DNA of 63,497 bases, filler included, from Kipferlia bialata (GCA_003568945.1; 6 parts of 6 records of this genome joined end to end with filler, not necessarily neighbours in it), one strand, 5' to 3'. Shown: positions 41,984 through 55,511, numbered from the whole stretch's first letter. Numbers and translations: made by a program. The notes: a model not told the origin generated them from the sequence alone.

Positions 41984-41985
41984 AG

Positions 41986-43146
41986 CTGGCTCCCCACCCT
42001 TCTCTTCCTGAGGACAGGGGTCACAGCCCTGGTCCTCACACCCCTCTGCTTCATATTCATAGCGGTGCGGTCACATGTCTGATAGGGTTCTCTCTCACAA
42101 TCTCTATCTACTTTTGTGTATATATATGATTCTCCTCCTAACCCCCAGGTCTTTAGGGGCACCGTACCTCCAATTAGGTTCAGGAGGCTGAAGGCAACCA
42201 GTCACTCAACCAATCTCGTGGTGTCTCTGTGCACCATAGGTAATAGGGACAAGTATTGTTTTATCTGATTCATGATACATATCAACTTAAAAGGACCCCC
42301 CTTCCCTCCCCAATCTCTGACCCCAGGTGTGTATGTGTGGGACCTAGTGTATGTCATACAGGCCCTGGGGGAGGGACAGACGATGGATGACCTATGGTGG
42401 GTAGATGTATTAATTCTTGTTCCGATATCCCCCCACACCCAGGTACCATGCGTATGCCGTTGACCTGTGGTACACCCTGCTGATACTGCTGCAGATAGTG
42501 CACCTGGCAGCCATCCTAGTCAGCATGACACTCCTGGCAAGGTGGGGGTGGATAGTATGGTACTCTATGAGGACTGAATGTCAATGTTTGCAGTACTCTG
42601 TATGCCGTGTGATATGTGTGTTCCACCCCCTCTCTCTCACCCCAGACACTCTGCCCTTCGTACCCATGCCTCCACACACCCCTCTGCCCATAGCACCAGT
42701 GGGTGTGACTATGATGCACCCTCTCCCTCCCCTAAGTGGGTGAGGCCGTCCAAGCTTGTTGTCCTCCCTGTCATTGTGGCAGCATATGCCCTGTCCTATA
42801 TATTTAGGGCAGGGCTGGTGCTGCAGAACGATGCAGGTACGTGCACCACCCAATTATAGTATCCCTCCCGACTGACTTACATACCTCTCACGCCTCAGGC
42901 GATCATATCCTGGGCCGACGCTCCATTGTGCTGTGCCTGGCCATGGAGACACTGTCCATATGTGGCCTCATATACCCCAACAAGGGGTCCCTGACCACCA
43001 ACAGCAGATACACCCCTCCCCCTCGCATGCCAAGTGGTAGAGACAGGGGCATGCGGGCTGGTGCCTCAGATGATGGTCTAGGGTCCCCTGTGCCTGTAAT
43101 GGGTATTGGTAACACTGAGAGGGACCTCTCACCAGCCATGGTGTAG
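41986..43146 (+). CDS. Multi-pass membrane protein of unknown family (5' partial)
   Basis: About five hydrophobic helices across six exons (e.g. LWYTLLILLQIVHLAAILVSMTLLA, LVVLPVIVAAYALSYIFRAGLVL), then a hydrophilic C-terminal tail. Confidence 0.65.
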
Positions 43147-43614
43147 CTACATATGGTGTATGGTACCTCTCTGTGACGGAGTGATCCAGCCAGAGTGTTT
43201 CTGTGTGTTTTGTTACTTATTGGGACGTGACTGCGTGTGTTACTTATTGGGAGAATGGGAATTGAGTGTGAATGTGAATTGTCGGGGAGGAACTGGTCCC
43301 CGACCATGGATGTCTGTCTGTTATGCATAGTGTATACCATGCATGTATGGATAAATATGACATCACGAGGACTGTTTTGGTAACATGATATTTGACTCCA
43401 TCACGAATAGTACAGCCGACATCACACTGACTCCAATTCAACGACCTTGGTGATCTATCTGTGTGAGTGTCTCCGCACTGCAAACCCTATGGCCACGCCC
43501 AGTATCACACCTGCCACGCCAATGCCCCTGGGGTCAGGCATATGTAAAGTGTATCAGTATCAACTGTACATATAATGATAATAATAACACACCCAGATAT
43601 ACATTAACCCAAAG

Positions 43615-44516
43615 CTATACTATATCTACAACCACCCCGTACCACTGCATCCACTCCCTGCCCCTCTTGGCCTTAGGCTTGGTGGCCTCCCCCTTGGCCT
43701 TCAGTGCCTCCTCCAGCATGGCAGCAGTGCGCACAAGCTGTCTGGGGGGTAAATGGGAGGGTAAGAGAGGAGTAAGTGGAAGGAACATGAGTATGAGTAC
43801 CTCTGCTCCCCATCTATGTCACTCAGCCTCCTCTGGAGAGTGGCAGCCTCGGTCCTGGGGGTTAGTCACAGCAATTGTCACAAGAGAGTACATACAATTG
43901 GAACATCACGCAACACATAATACTCGTACCACAGAACACCCACCTGATGCCAACACTCATCTCTAGGCCCTTTAGAACACCCACGCTCACACCGGAGTCG
44001 TCTCCCCTGGTGTCAGAGAGAGAGAGAGAGAGAGAGGGAGAATGAGAGATGGATCCTAGTCGTGCCTCATCTGGGTGTGTGTGTCCGGGGTATGGAGGGA
44101 CAGGGGGGTGGATCTGGTGGAGGACGATAAGGCTGGGGAGATGGATGCTGCCATCAGAGGGGTCGGGTGGCCTGGGGGTGAGGGGGAGGGGTGAGGGGGA
44201 AGGATATAGGTACACACTGTACCATGTTCTCTACACAATACACTATATACCACCTCCTGGTGATGCCATGAGTGCCGATGTGGATGTACTCAGTACAGTG
44301 GCTGTATCTGCTAGGGTGCGTGTCACCCTCTCCAGGGTGTGGGCACCCTCCTGAATAGTGTCTACTGTGCTCAGCCTGGGTCAGGGGGTGCAGTGGAAGG
44401 GGAATAATAGAATACAACAGCCTCCACATACATGTATTCAATAGAACCTCCCACCTGTTTCCCATCATGTCCACCATGTCACTGAGTCTCTTGCCCATGT
44501 GGCCTGCATCGGTGGC
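43615..44516 (-). CDS. Unknown protein, 3' exons only
   Basis: Minus-strand exons have ..ACCCAG/CCCCAG acceptors. The last exon reads QLVRTAAMLEEALKAKGEATKPKAKRGREW...*. Confidence 0.5.
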
Positions 44517-45493
44517 CTGGGTCAAAGGGGGGAGAGAGAGAGAGAGGGGGGGGGGGGGGGGGGGGGGAACTCGCCCCAAGTTATACNNNNNNNNNNNNNN
44601 NNNNNNNNNNNNNNNNNNNNNNNNNNNNNNNNNNNNNNNNNNNNNNNNNNNNNNNNNNNNNNNNNNNNNNNNNNNNNNNNNNNNNNNNNNNNNNNNNNNN
44701 NNNNNNNNNNNNNNNNNNNNNNNNNNNNNNNNNNNNNNNNNNNNNNNNNNNNNNNNNNNNNNNNNNNNNNNNNNNNNNNNNNNNNNNNNNNNNNNNNNNN
44801 NNNNNNNNNNNNNNNNNNNNNNNNNNNNNNNNNNNNNNNNNNNNNNNNNNNNNNNNNNNNNNNNNNNNNNNNNNNNNNNNNNNNNNNNNNNNNNNNNNNN
44901 NNNNNNNNNNNNNNNNNNNNNNNNNNNNNNNNNNNNNNNNNNNNNNNNNNNNNNNNNNNNNNNNNNNNNNNNNNNNNNNNNNNNNNNNNNNNNNNNNNNN
45001 NNNNNNNNNNNNNNNNNNNNNNNNNNNNNNNNNNNNNNNNNNNNNNNNNNNNNNNNNNNNNNNNNNNNNNNNNNNNNNNNNNNNNNNNNNNNNNNNNNNN
45101 NNNNNNNNNNNNNNNNNNNNNNNNNNNNNNNNNNNNNNNNNNNNNNNNNNNNNNNNNNNNNNNNNNNNNNNNNNNNNNNNNNNNNNNNNNNNNNNNNNNN
45201 NNNNNNNNNNNNNNNNNNNNNNNNNNNNNNNNNNNNNNNNNNNNNNNNNNNNNNNNNNNNNNNNNNNNNNNNNNNNNNNNNNNNNNNNNNNNNNNNNNNN
45301 NNNNNNNNNNNNNNNNNNNNNNNNNNNNNNNNNNNNNNNNNNNNNNNNNNNNNNNNNNNNNNNNNNNNNNNNNNNNNNNNNNNNNNNNNNNNNNNNNNNN
45401 NNNNNNNNNNNNTTCCCTTTCTCCACCCCCCTCTCTTTCTCCCCCCCCCCCCCCTCTCTCTCTATCTAAAACGTCTCTCTCTCTTACCAACAG

Positions 45494-48400
45494 TCCCCAT
45501 GAGGGATGCCCCCTGTGCCGTACAACCATAGCAGTGGCAGACCTCAAACCAACAGTCATCGAGGTGATACGAAGTACTATATACAATAACTATATACTCC
45601 GACCTCGTCATACAGCTAACACCTATGTACGATAGATCCTCTACCAGGTATATATATATATACATCATACAATACACGTTGTATATTCCTGTACTCCATA
45701 TTTCTCTCTCTCCCTTCTCCTCTGCCACTTTAAGCTTAGTGATACTATATTACAACGCATATTCATCTATGTTTACCTCAAGCCCAAGGCAGGCTGGGTA
45801 GATATCTGATTAATGTTGATCCCCAAGGACATATTCTCTATTCAATGTGATAATTTGCATGCGCTTATTTACTTAACCCCAGGGTAAACTGGCTGATGGT
45901 ACTGGCCGTGTGCGTGCCTTCAAGGAGGAGGACTGCACACTACACATATACCCACCGGTCGAGGGCATAGAGTGGAAGGAGGTGGACATAGGTTAGAAGA
46001 GTGTATATGTATATATAAATAGAGAGAGATAGGTGTGTATATACAACCATCGGTGGAGGACATAGAGTGGAAAGAGGTGGACATAGGTAAGTAGAGTTTA
46101 CATAGATTTTCATATAATCATTATACTCACCGGTGGTCGGTAAGAGTGGCGGTAGGTGCGTATAGGTAGGAGTACTCCTGTCCATGCTCTGTCTCTCTCT
46201 CATATCAGGCCACCGTCCCTGCATAGCCACAGACGAGTTTGGCATGGCAATCTCTCTCTCACACGCACACACTACAAATATATATATATATATATATATA
46301 TAGACATCTATATAGCTAACGTCAGGCCACCGCCCCTGTATAGCCACAGATGAGTTTGGCATGGCATACACTGGACCCCTGGCCAGGGACGGGGTGTCAC
46401 CCTCTGACGGTGCTGAGGTGTGGCATATAATTGAACCATTATATCATAGTATACTATACTACTCTATTCTTTATCTCACTATTATATATGCTGGATATGC
46501 TGGTGTAGACATTCTTATCTACAATGTATATTTAACTAAATATTGACTACTAACCATCCTCTATAACTCCAGGGTTCTATCATGGTGTCTGGCAAGAACT
46601 TCAACTCAAGTATCTCATGCAAATCTTTGTAGATTAGTATTAGCCGATAGTTCTTCATTATTATGAATCAGAATAACCCCAGGGTTCCATAATGCTGTCT
46701 GGCAAGAACAGTCTCGATGACTATAAGGCAGAGACATGTCTGATGCTGACACAGGCAGAGGGAGGGGGTATATCTTATGAGGTATCTTCCTCTCTCTCTC
46801 TCTTTCTCTTACAAGATATGTACTGTATATATACACATATAGTACTATATATACATACATTGGTAGAGACGTGTCTGACACTGAGACAGGCAGAGGGAGG
46901 TGAAATAGCCCATGAGGTACGTATTGTACTGTATATATGCACATACAGTAATATATATACACATATAGACATGTCTGACACTGACACAGGCAGAGGGAGG
47001 GGGAGTAGCCCATGAGGTAGATATTGTACTATATATACATTTATATATACACATATAGACGTGTCTGATGCTGAGACTGGCAGAGGGAGGGGGGCTGACA
47101 CACGAGGTAACACCTACCCTTATCGCTCTGTCCCACCATTCTCCTCATTGTTTCCTCTTCTGACACCTTAGCCATCCACTGGATGCTAGATGCTAGGGAC
47201 AGGGGCTCTCTCTCTCTCTCTCTCTCTCTCTGACCTCTCAGCCTATCCCCTGTCCCCTAGACACTAGAGACGGGGATTCTCTCTCTCTTTCTCTCTTTCT
47301 CCCTCTTTCTCTGACCCCTCAGCCTATACCCTGCCCACTAGACACCAGAGACAGGGACTCTCTCTCTGCCACAAGGGTGGGTGACACCGTATACCTATTT
47401 GGCCCCTGGGTGCAGGGGAGACCAAACACACTACGGGCCTACTCGATTCGTGACAAGACATGGCGGCGCATCCGGAAGAAGGGTGGTACTCCTTGGCCGG
47501 CCCCTAGAAGATGTCACTCCTCATTCTGTCTCGGGGGCAAGCTATACATAGTAGGTGGGTATTTGGTAACGGTATATATTGCATGTAACTCTAGTCTAAT
47601 CATAGGTGGCTTTGATGACGACTTCAATACCCACAAGGACATGTTTGTGTTTGATCCAAAGACTGAGGTCTTCACCGAACTGAAGTGAGTGCAACTCATA
47701 TGTACTGGTATATGTACAAACACAGGAGTATTCATATGCATGTGTTTATATCACCAACATACAGGTGTCCTGTATCAGTGGTATGCGTCGCTGCCGTTGT
47801 ATCATGTTACTGATCTATGTATATATGGATACATTGGTTATTTGACATTCAGGAACCCTGTCTCAGTAGCCTGTGCCGCTGCTGTAGTAGTGGGCAAGAC
47901 TGCCCATCTAATAGGTATATATTTATACACACATGTACATATAGGTAAATATATATATAGACATAGACTGATAGGTATATATTTATGTATAGACATAGAC
48001 TGATAATGATAGGGGGCCAGAACAACAGACACCTGGTGTACACAGAGAAGGGAGGGATAAGGCAGCTCAGGAAGATGAACTTTGAGGTATTTTGTAGCAC
48101 ATACCTCAATATATTCTATATATTCACGAGTCATGGTTGTAAAATCATTAAGAGTGGTGAGGACAGCTCACGGAGATGAGCTTTTAGGAAAATTACACAC
48201 TAGGATCAATGCATATTTCTGATAATATAGCATATTTATGTTATTGCATGCGTCCTTACTGCCCCTCACCCCAGGTCTCCTCTGCAGGTGCAGTATCAGT
48301 GGGCACCAACATATACCTCATGGGGGGAGACGCACATGGGAAACAGGTGTGTGATGCATAACGTTCTATTTGGATATGTACCTCCATATCAAGTATGCGC

Positions 48401-48775
48401 GAGTACAGGAGATGGTGACTAAGACATCGTTCCCGATATATACCTTATCTACCACTATTGAGAGATGCGTGGCTCACCTCTTTCTTTCCTCTTCCTTATC
48501 CCCAGGTCCGTGTCTATGACTGTCTGACCAAGAGATGGTACCCCTCTCACCTATACTTGTAATATATATCTTCTACTTGTAGTGTTGTTCGTGTTACTAA
48601 CCCCCAGGTCCGTGTCTATGACACCCTCACCAAGAGGTGGTCCAGACTTGCTGACCTCCCCATACCCCTCTGGTCCTGCAGGGCATGTCTGATCAGTAGT
48701 CATACCGTTCTGCTGCACGACTACCACGGCACTCTACTTGGGACACTTCCCACAATGCCACACAGGGACCACTAA
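45494..48775 (+). CDS. RING-finger (partial) plus kelch-repeat protein
   Basis: CPLCRTTI (C-terminal RING Cys pair), then kelch blades TRVGDTVYLFG, WPAPRRCHSSFCLGGKLYIV|GG, VVVGKTAHLI|GG and VSVGTNIYLMGG..|VRVYDTLTKRWSRLADLP. The 5' end is in the gap. Confidence 0.8.
46734..47106 (+). repeat. Four 48-nt in-frame exon-end copies
   Basis: Units at 46734-46781, 46869-46916, 46969-47016 and 47059-47106. Each is preceded by AG and followed by GT. Confidence 0.9.
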
Positions 48776-49636
48776 CTATGAGTGGCCATACTGTACTGTA
48801 ACAGTGTGCTGATGTATGACTACCACGGCACATTGATGGGGTGGTACCTAGGCTGCCACCCAAGCCCAGAGACAACACGTCGACCGGTGACTAGAGGTTC
48901 CAGCAGCCCCATATCCACACTACAACGCCAATCTGTGGAGAGAGACTGTCTTGCGATAGTGTTCAGTCTAGCCATCATATGGCGCTATGCAGCATCCAGG
49001 AGAGAGCAAAGTGCAGCAGAGTAACTGGCACGCCCCGTAACCTTTGTTAATCCAGCATTCCAGAACCTGGCAGTGTTGGTTGTGGGCATGGTGGTCAGTC
49101 AGCCAGCGCTAGATGTTGTTGTTGGTAATGGTATGTACTACTGGGTGACAACAGAGAGACGGGGCATATCTGTCTTGGTCAACGAGGGTGTGTCAAGCCG
49201 CTATGTACTCGGTGGACACCTGCTTGTTTCGGAACCGTGACTTGGGCGTGTATGTTGAGATTTGTAACAATATTGTGTCAGTTCATCACTAAATCACATT
49301 CTCTTAGGAATGCGTAAGAGATTGTTTGTATCACAGGTCTTTAGAAGAGAATCTGTAGACAGGAAGTGAATGATGATGTTGAGGACACTCTATTTGTGGG
49401 ATACACACCACTAGTGTGACACTAGGGTCAACATTAGACAATTCATATAGGCGTGGGGTTTCCTACTCGTTGAACACTGATCATGGCTGGATATCCCTCT
49501 ACGTCTCCTTTGATCCCTAGGATATATCCAACATCGACATCCATTGTCTCAATAGAGGTGGGTTCAGGCGTCTCTACAATGTACAGCTCTCATCCAATAG
49601 GTATCTCTCTATGGCTCGTGTGGCATACCCAGCAGG

Positions 49637-52600
49637 TCATGCACGATGTATCCATCGACGCCTGGTGTTAGACACACACATATATATTCATATACACATA
49701 TACACTACATGAAATTTGATTTAGTTACTTGTGTATCTAACAACACCTAAGGAAACATCATAACCTCTAAGACACAGTCTGTACACCCTCACATGTATAC
49801 TGCTAGCTATCATTCCATACCAAGGGGCACACCATAGGGGCAGTTCTCACCGTGCTCGCCTGAGCATGAGTATCATATATAGAGACGGTAATAATATAAA
49901 AATGTATAAATATCGTTATTCATATTGTATATAGAGTACGTAATAATATAGAGGACGAAGAGGCATATCTCTCAACAGTCAATACATAGGAGCTCTCCCC
50001 ATGTATATATTACTAACACATACCTGTGAGTAGCTCTATGGCCTCGTACATGATCTCTGCATAGACTAGCATGTGCAGGGTGTCCTGGTATAAGTGATAT
50101 ACTAATATACATTAATGGTAATCATATATATCGTGTTCATATATATAGTATAGAGGCTGGTATGCCCTATATGATGGTATATCTGCATAAACCAGCACGT
50201 GCAGGGTGTCCTGGGTATGATGCATTATACCGTCTTGGCTATATATATAGCTCGATATTGAACTATATCACTTACATATTTAGTTAGTATGGATAGACTA
50301 GCATGTCCTGGACATGAGAAAACTAGGGCCTTGCCCCATATTTGTTATACCACAAAATGAAAAGAGACACTTTGTAACTTCGCACGATGTCTCTTGAGTC
50401 CCTTAATATCGTCTCCCGACATGGGGATTCATAATTATATGTATATTACAAACTAAAATATAGCTTTACATGCAAATATCAGGTAGAGAGTGATATACAT
50501 AGATGAATAGCATATTCTACCTGACTAAGGTGCTTCTTGAGTGCCTCATCGTCATGCCACCAGGACTCTGGCACACAGGTGGTCAGGGGGAGACCAGCAC
50601 TGGAAGTGAGTGTAAGGTATGTATATTAATGTATTAATGTCGACTCTGGCACACAGGTAGTGAGGGGGAGACCAGCGCTGAGTGTGAGGGTTACAGATAT
50701 ATTAATATATACACTCTATCCACATGAGCATATATATATGGTATCATCATTAATATGGACTCTGGGACACAAGTAGTGAGGGCGGGACCCGCGCTGGGGA
50801 GCAAAGAGAGAGACTACTCCATGACAGTAACATATGAGTTGAATTCACGCATGCTAAGGATTTACCCATCTCTCCATAAATGCCCTCACATCCTTGTCTT
50901 GTGATACTGGTCTACATATATATATATACATACACATAAATACACTAATATTGTTATATATACTACACTTTACCTCTCCATGAATGCCCTCACATCCTTG
51001 TCTTGTGATACTGGTCTACATATATAAATATATATAAATATATATATATATATATACTTTACCTCTTCATGAATGCCCTCACATCCTTTTCTTGTCATAT
51101 ATATATATGTACATTGATATAAATGAACATATACAGGTGTAAGTGTGTGTGTGTGTGTATATGTTTAGTACCTCTCCATGAATGCCCTCACATCCTTGTC
51201 CTGCGGTGGAGTCGGGCGCTTAGTCCTCCGGTATGTGTTCTGGGATATAAGTGGAAACATGGGTACATCTATTAGATATATACTGATTCTTACCTCTCGG
51301 TACGCACATATGTCTGTCTTGAAGGCAATGTCCTGGTCACCCTCTAGGGGTGAGAGAGTATATATATATATATATATGTAAGCACATACAAAGAGAAGGG
51401 GGGGGGGAAATCATGGTCACCATCAAGAGATAGAATCTGACCAATCTTACTGGGCGAGGAGATAGACTCTCTCAATGATAGAGAACAGCCGATGGAGAGG
51501 AAGTGTGGATTAGTGTATCATTTACATGATGATGCATACCATATCTGTGTCATCACATGAAACATTGGTAATACTTACGCGGTACTAGGATCTATATATA
51601 TAACGCGATGATATATCCCTCACCTGTGTCATCACACGACACAAAGACAGAGAAGGGGTGCTTGTCGGGACCTGGCGTCAGGTGGGACTTGTGACAAAGA
51701 ATCTAGAGAGTCACTCTATACGTGACAAGGAGGCACAATTGGGACAATTCACAACTCACCCACAGTGAACTGTGCCGTTATGGACCTGCCGTACCTGTTG
51801 GCATTGACATTGTTCCTGAGCTTCTGCCTACTCATCAGTACTTAATGTATATATATATACAAAACAGGGATGTCACCAACTCCACATGGAACTCCTGCGC
51901 CATCTTGTACATATTAATATATATATGTAGACATATATATATATATATATGCATATTATTAGGGGGGGAGAGAGAGAAAGAGGGGGAACAATTACCTAGA
52001 CGTAACCAACTCCACCTGGAATATCTCTCCTTCCCTCTCTCACTCAATATATGTACCTACATATATATATGTGTGTAGTATATGTATATATATACCTTGA
52101 TGTAACCAACTCCACCTGGAACTCCTGGGTCTCTCTCCTTCCCTCTCTCTATCAGTGTATACATACATATATTATTGTGTGTGTGTATATACTATGTATA
52201 TTTATACCTTGATGTGACAAGATCCACGTGGAACTCCTGGGTCATCTTGCACATATGTATATTATTACTATTCATATACAAATACAAATACATAGAGAGA
52301 AAGAGAAAGACAAGAAAGAGAGAGACAATTAATACCTTGATGTCACCAACTCCACCTGGAACTCCTGGGTCATCTCCATCTTCTCCCACCTGGCACAGAC
52401 GGCCTTATCCTTCTGGGGTATGAGTAACACATGAACATTACTATATATATATATAGTGCTAGAATATACAATTCATATCATTCAAATCAGTCTTATCCTT
52501 CTGGGGCATGAGTAACACACTCATTATACATCAAATTCAATCATCAACACAATACATGTATATACTGAATTATCCAAGGATACACTACTACACACAACCA

Positions 52601-53370
52601 GAGTCAATATATGGTCATAAGCGTTCCTCCTTCTCTCTCATACTCTTGACAAAGGGCAGGTACAGCATACTACCATATTACATACAATATCTATGAATAT
52701 ATAAGTCTATATCCGAATATGAAAGATTACCTCTTCCTCAGTCATCCCCTCCTCTTCCTTCAGACTCCTGACAAGGGCAGCCAGGGCCGGACAAGCCTCC
52801 TCTCTCTCCCTCTGCTTGGCGGCTACTAGACACACTCTAACCTAATATGAATTCGTTATTAATACTACTATTATTATTATTATTATTATTATCATTATTT
52901 TTATTATTTCTATTACAATTATCATGTTAAGATATATATATATTTGTAGAACGAAATCTCCCTATGCTTGGCAGCTACTAGACACACTCTAACCTTGTAT
53001 AAGGCTATGCAAAGAGTAATAGAAGACACTTCTTGACCTAAAGTAAGACAAATGGAAGAGGAGTAGATCTAGACACACTTTAACCTAATATGAATTCGTT
53101 CACACATTAGAGAAGTAAATGTATATATATTTGTAGAACGAAATCTCCCTCTGCTGGGCAGCTTCAAGAAAAATAGAGAAAAATAATGAAAAATAAAGGA
53201 AAATAGAAAGAAACACGGCACACTCTAACCTAGTATAAGAACACACATATATGGTATGTAGAGACATATATGCAAATGTATATATATATATGTGGAACAA
53301 TGTAACAGAATACTTACACATATACACACAAATGTCTCTCTGTTTGGCAGCGTCAAGACACACCTTGACC
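49637..53370 (-). CDS. Unknown protein, multi-exon, with echo-rich introns
   Basis: Compatible exons such as KDKAVCARWEKMEMTQEFQVELVTSR, AGLPLTTCVPESWWHDDEALKKHLSQ and DTLHMLVYAEIMYEAIELLTG. No family recognised; both ends are approximate. Confidence 0.55.
51868..52410 (-). repeat. Intronic exon-echo array (donor type)
   Basis: gatgtcaccaactccacctggaactcctgg-like units at ~51869, ~51999, ~52099 and ~52211, with the true exon at ~52336-52412. Confidence 0.85.
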
Positions 53371-53587
53371 ATATATGATGAGATTATGAAAGAGAAGAGA
53401 GATAGAAATAGGGGGGGGAGAGAGACGGAGACGGAGAGATTGGTAGTAGTAGTTGCATAATATTGCACTGCATACTCACTGAGAATCTGGGCTATATGAG
53501 TGTGATACTATAGCGCACAGGTCTCACTCTCAGTAGGTGAGAGTAACACAAAGGGGGGGGGGGGGGAAAGACAAAAGGAGAGGGGGG

Positions 53588-53624
<37 letters not shown>

Positions 53625-53642
53625 GTATGGATATGTATGTAC

Positions 53643-54685
53643 CTGAGCCTGGGTCCGATCTGGACCTGGGCACCTTGCTCCTGGCCAGGACCTTGCCCTG
53701 GGGGATACCGCTGTTGGGGACAGCAGGCTCCTGGGATAAGACTCAGTTATATGTATTACATCTTAAGTATGCTATATTTATGCTATATATACTGTATATG
53801 CACTACTGACACCCCTGGCTCCTGGGGTGAGGCAGAACAGGAACATACTAAACACAAGGGGAATATAACCAACACCTATGGAATGAAACTAATTGTGTAT
53901 GGATTAGACTGAGTATATATATATACATATATATACTGATACCCACCTGGATGGCAATGGTGCCGTCCACAAGGAACACGTAGATGTTCACGTATCTGAC
54001 CCTCTTGGTCTCAGTCTGGGACTCAAGCACAGTCTCCTGGAAGGAGGCGAAGAAGCGCAGGACCTGAGGGTGAGTACTTATAGAATACAGCATCACATAC
54101 ATGGAGAAAGCCAAAAGCAGGTACGCACAAATGATTGCAACTGACAACTCCTAGTCTCCCCTCCAGGGAAAAGAGAGAAACCCATAGCATGAAGATAGAG
54201 ATACAGCGCATGGTGTTGCCAGTACACCTATAGCCATACCTTTCTGTCGAGGGCAACGTAGTCTGGGACGTATGTGCCGGCAGGCTTGGGGGCCACGGGG
54301 CGCTCTGGCTCGGGGGCAACCATCACTGGCACCACGTTCTCAGAGGTGGCGTCACGCACCACGGGGACTCCATCAACCACATCGAACACGTGGCCAACAT
54401 TGTGTCTGCTGCGCTACAGGTTAGATGTCGGGAAAGGGAGCAATATGGGACGTACCACACATAATGAGTGGAGAATATCAAGTAAAGACGCCTATACAGC
54501 CGATGGGTCACCTCCAAGAGAGTCTAGAGGAGCGCAAGAGTCATAATGAGACAGAAAACTATAGCATCATCATATACAGTCAAGGGGGAAGCCTCACAGG
54601 CCAAATTCACAGTAAAATCAGGAAATCTACCAACCTGGTTGTCAAACCTGGTCCCAGGCATGAAGGGAATACGAGGCTCACTCAT
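53643..54685 (-). CDS. EFHC1: EFHC1/RIB72-family axonemal protein, N-terminus and most of the first DM10 domain only
   Basis: MSEPRIPFMPGTRFDNQ|RSRHNVGH...YVPDYVALDRK|VLRFFASFQETVLESQTETKRVRYVNIYVFLVDGTIAIQ|EPAVPNSGIPQGKVLARSKVP matches the DM10 consensus. Confidence 0.88.
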
Positions 54686-54873
54686 TTTCACCGTCGTTGT
54701 TGGAAGGAGCCAGAATTCTGCCCCTCGGGATTTCCTCCGATTCTCCGAAAGCTTGAGTCGGATTTTTGGGTTGAGGCTGAGAGGGTTTATCTTCTCGTTG
54801 TGACTACCTACTGTGAGGCTCTATAATAAGAGGCTATTCAGAAGTGTTGTCCCTCTATTCTCCCTTCTCCGTG

Positions 54874-55511
54874 ATGCAGGCGGCAGCATTTAGAGTCACA
54901 GGCCGTGTCCAAGGGGTTTGGATGCGGAAATACACTAGGGAGGCAGCCCTGAAGAATGGAGCAAAGGTTAGTAGAGGAGACCGATTCTTCTGAGTATGTA
55001 CATGTTGTCCAATATCCAGTTAATATGGTATTTGAGCACAGTCTGTGCTGTGATTCTGGGTCTCCAAAGACCTGGAGCTTATTAGTCACACCTCTATTCT
55101 ACTCGTTTCCCCACCCCTTCTCCCCTGTGATCATCCCCTCCTTTGTCACTTACTAACCCATAGAACTATGTTGAGAATATGCCTGATGGGTCTGTGACCG
55201 TGCTCTCCTTTCTGATATTCCCCTCTGTGTGACTTACTAACCCATAGGGCTATGTTGAGAACATGCCTGACGGGTCTGTGGCAGGGTGGGCCATGTGTGA
55301 TGCAGAGGGGCTCAGTCACTTTGAGGCATTCCTTCACGAAGGTGAGATTTTATACATATACATATATATACGCATACACCTCCATAAAGGTGATATCAGT
55401 GTAATACTGCCAATGAATCAAGACCTCATGTGTCACTTCACCCTTGCCTCACACTAGGTTCCCCAGGTGCCCGTGTGGAGACTGTTGAGATGGAGCCAAT
55501 GACAGACACAG
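54874..55511 (+). CDS. Acylphosphatase (last exon beyond the scaffold end)
   Basis: MQAAAFRVTGRVQGVWMRKYTREAALKNGAK|GYVENMPDGSVAGWAMCDAEGLSHFEAFLHE|GSPGARVETVEME, with both family signatures and the catalytic Arg and Asn. The ORF track missed it. Confidence 0.93.

Noticed and set aside
49024..49240. Stop-free stretch with a YVLGG-like motif downstream of the RING-kelch gene
   Set aside because: No clear start, splice sites or further motifs. It may be a degraded fragment but cannot be supported.
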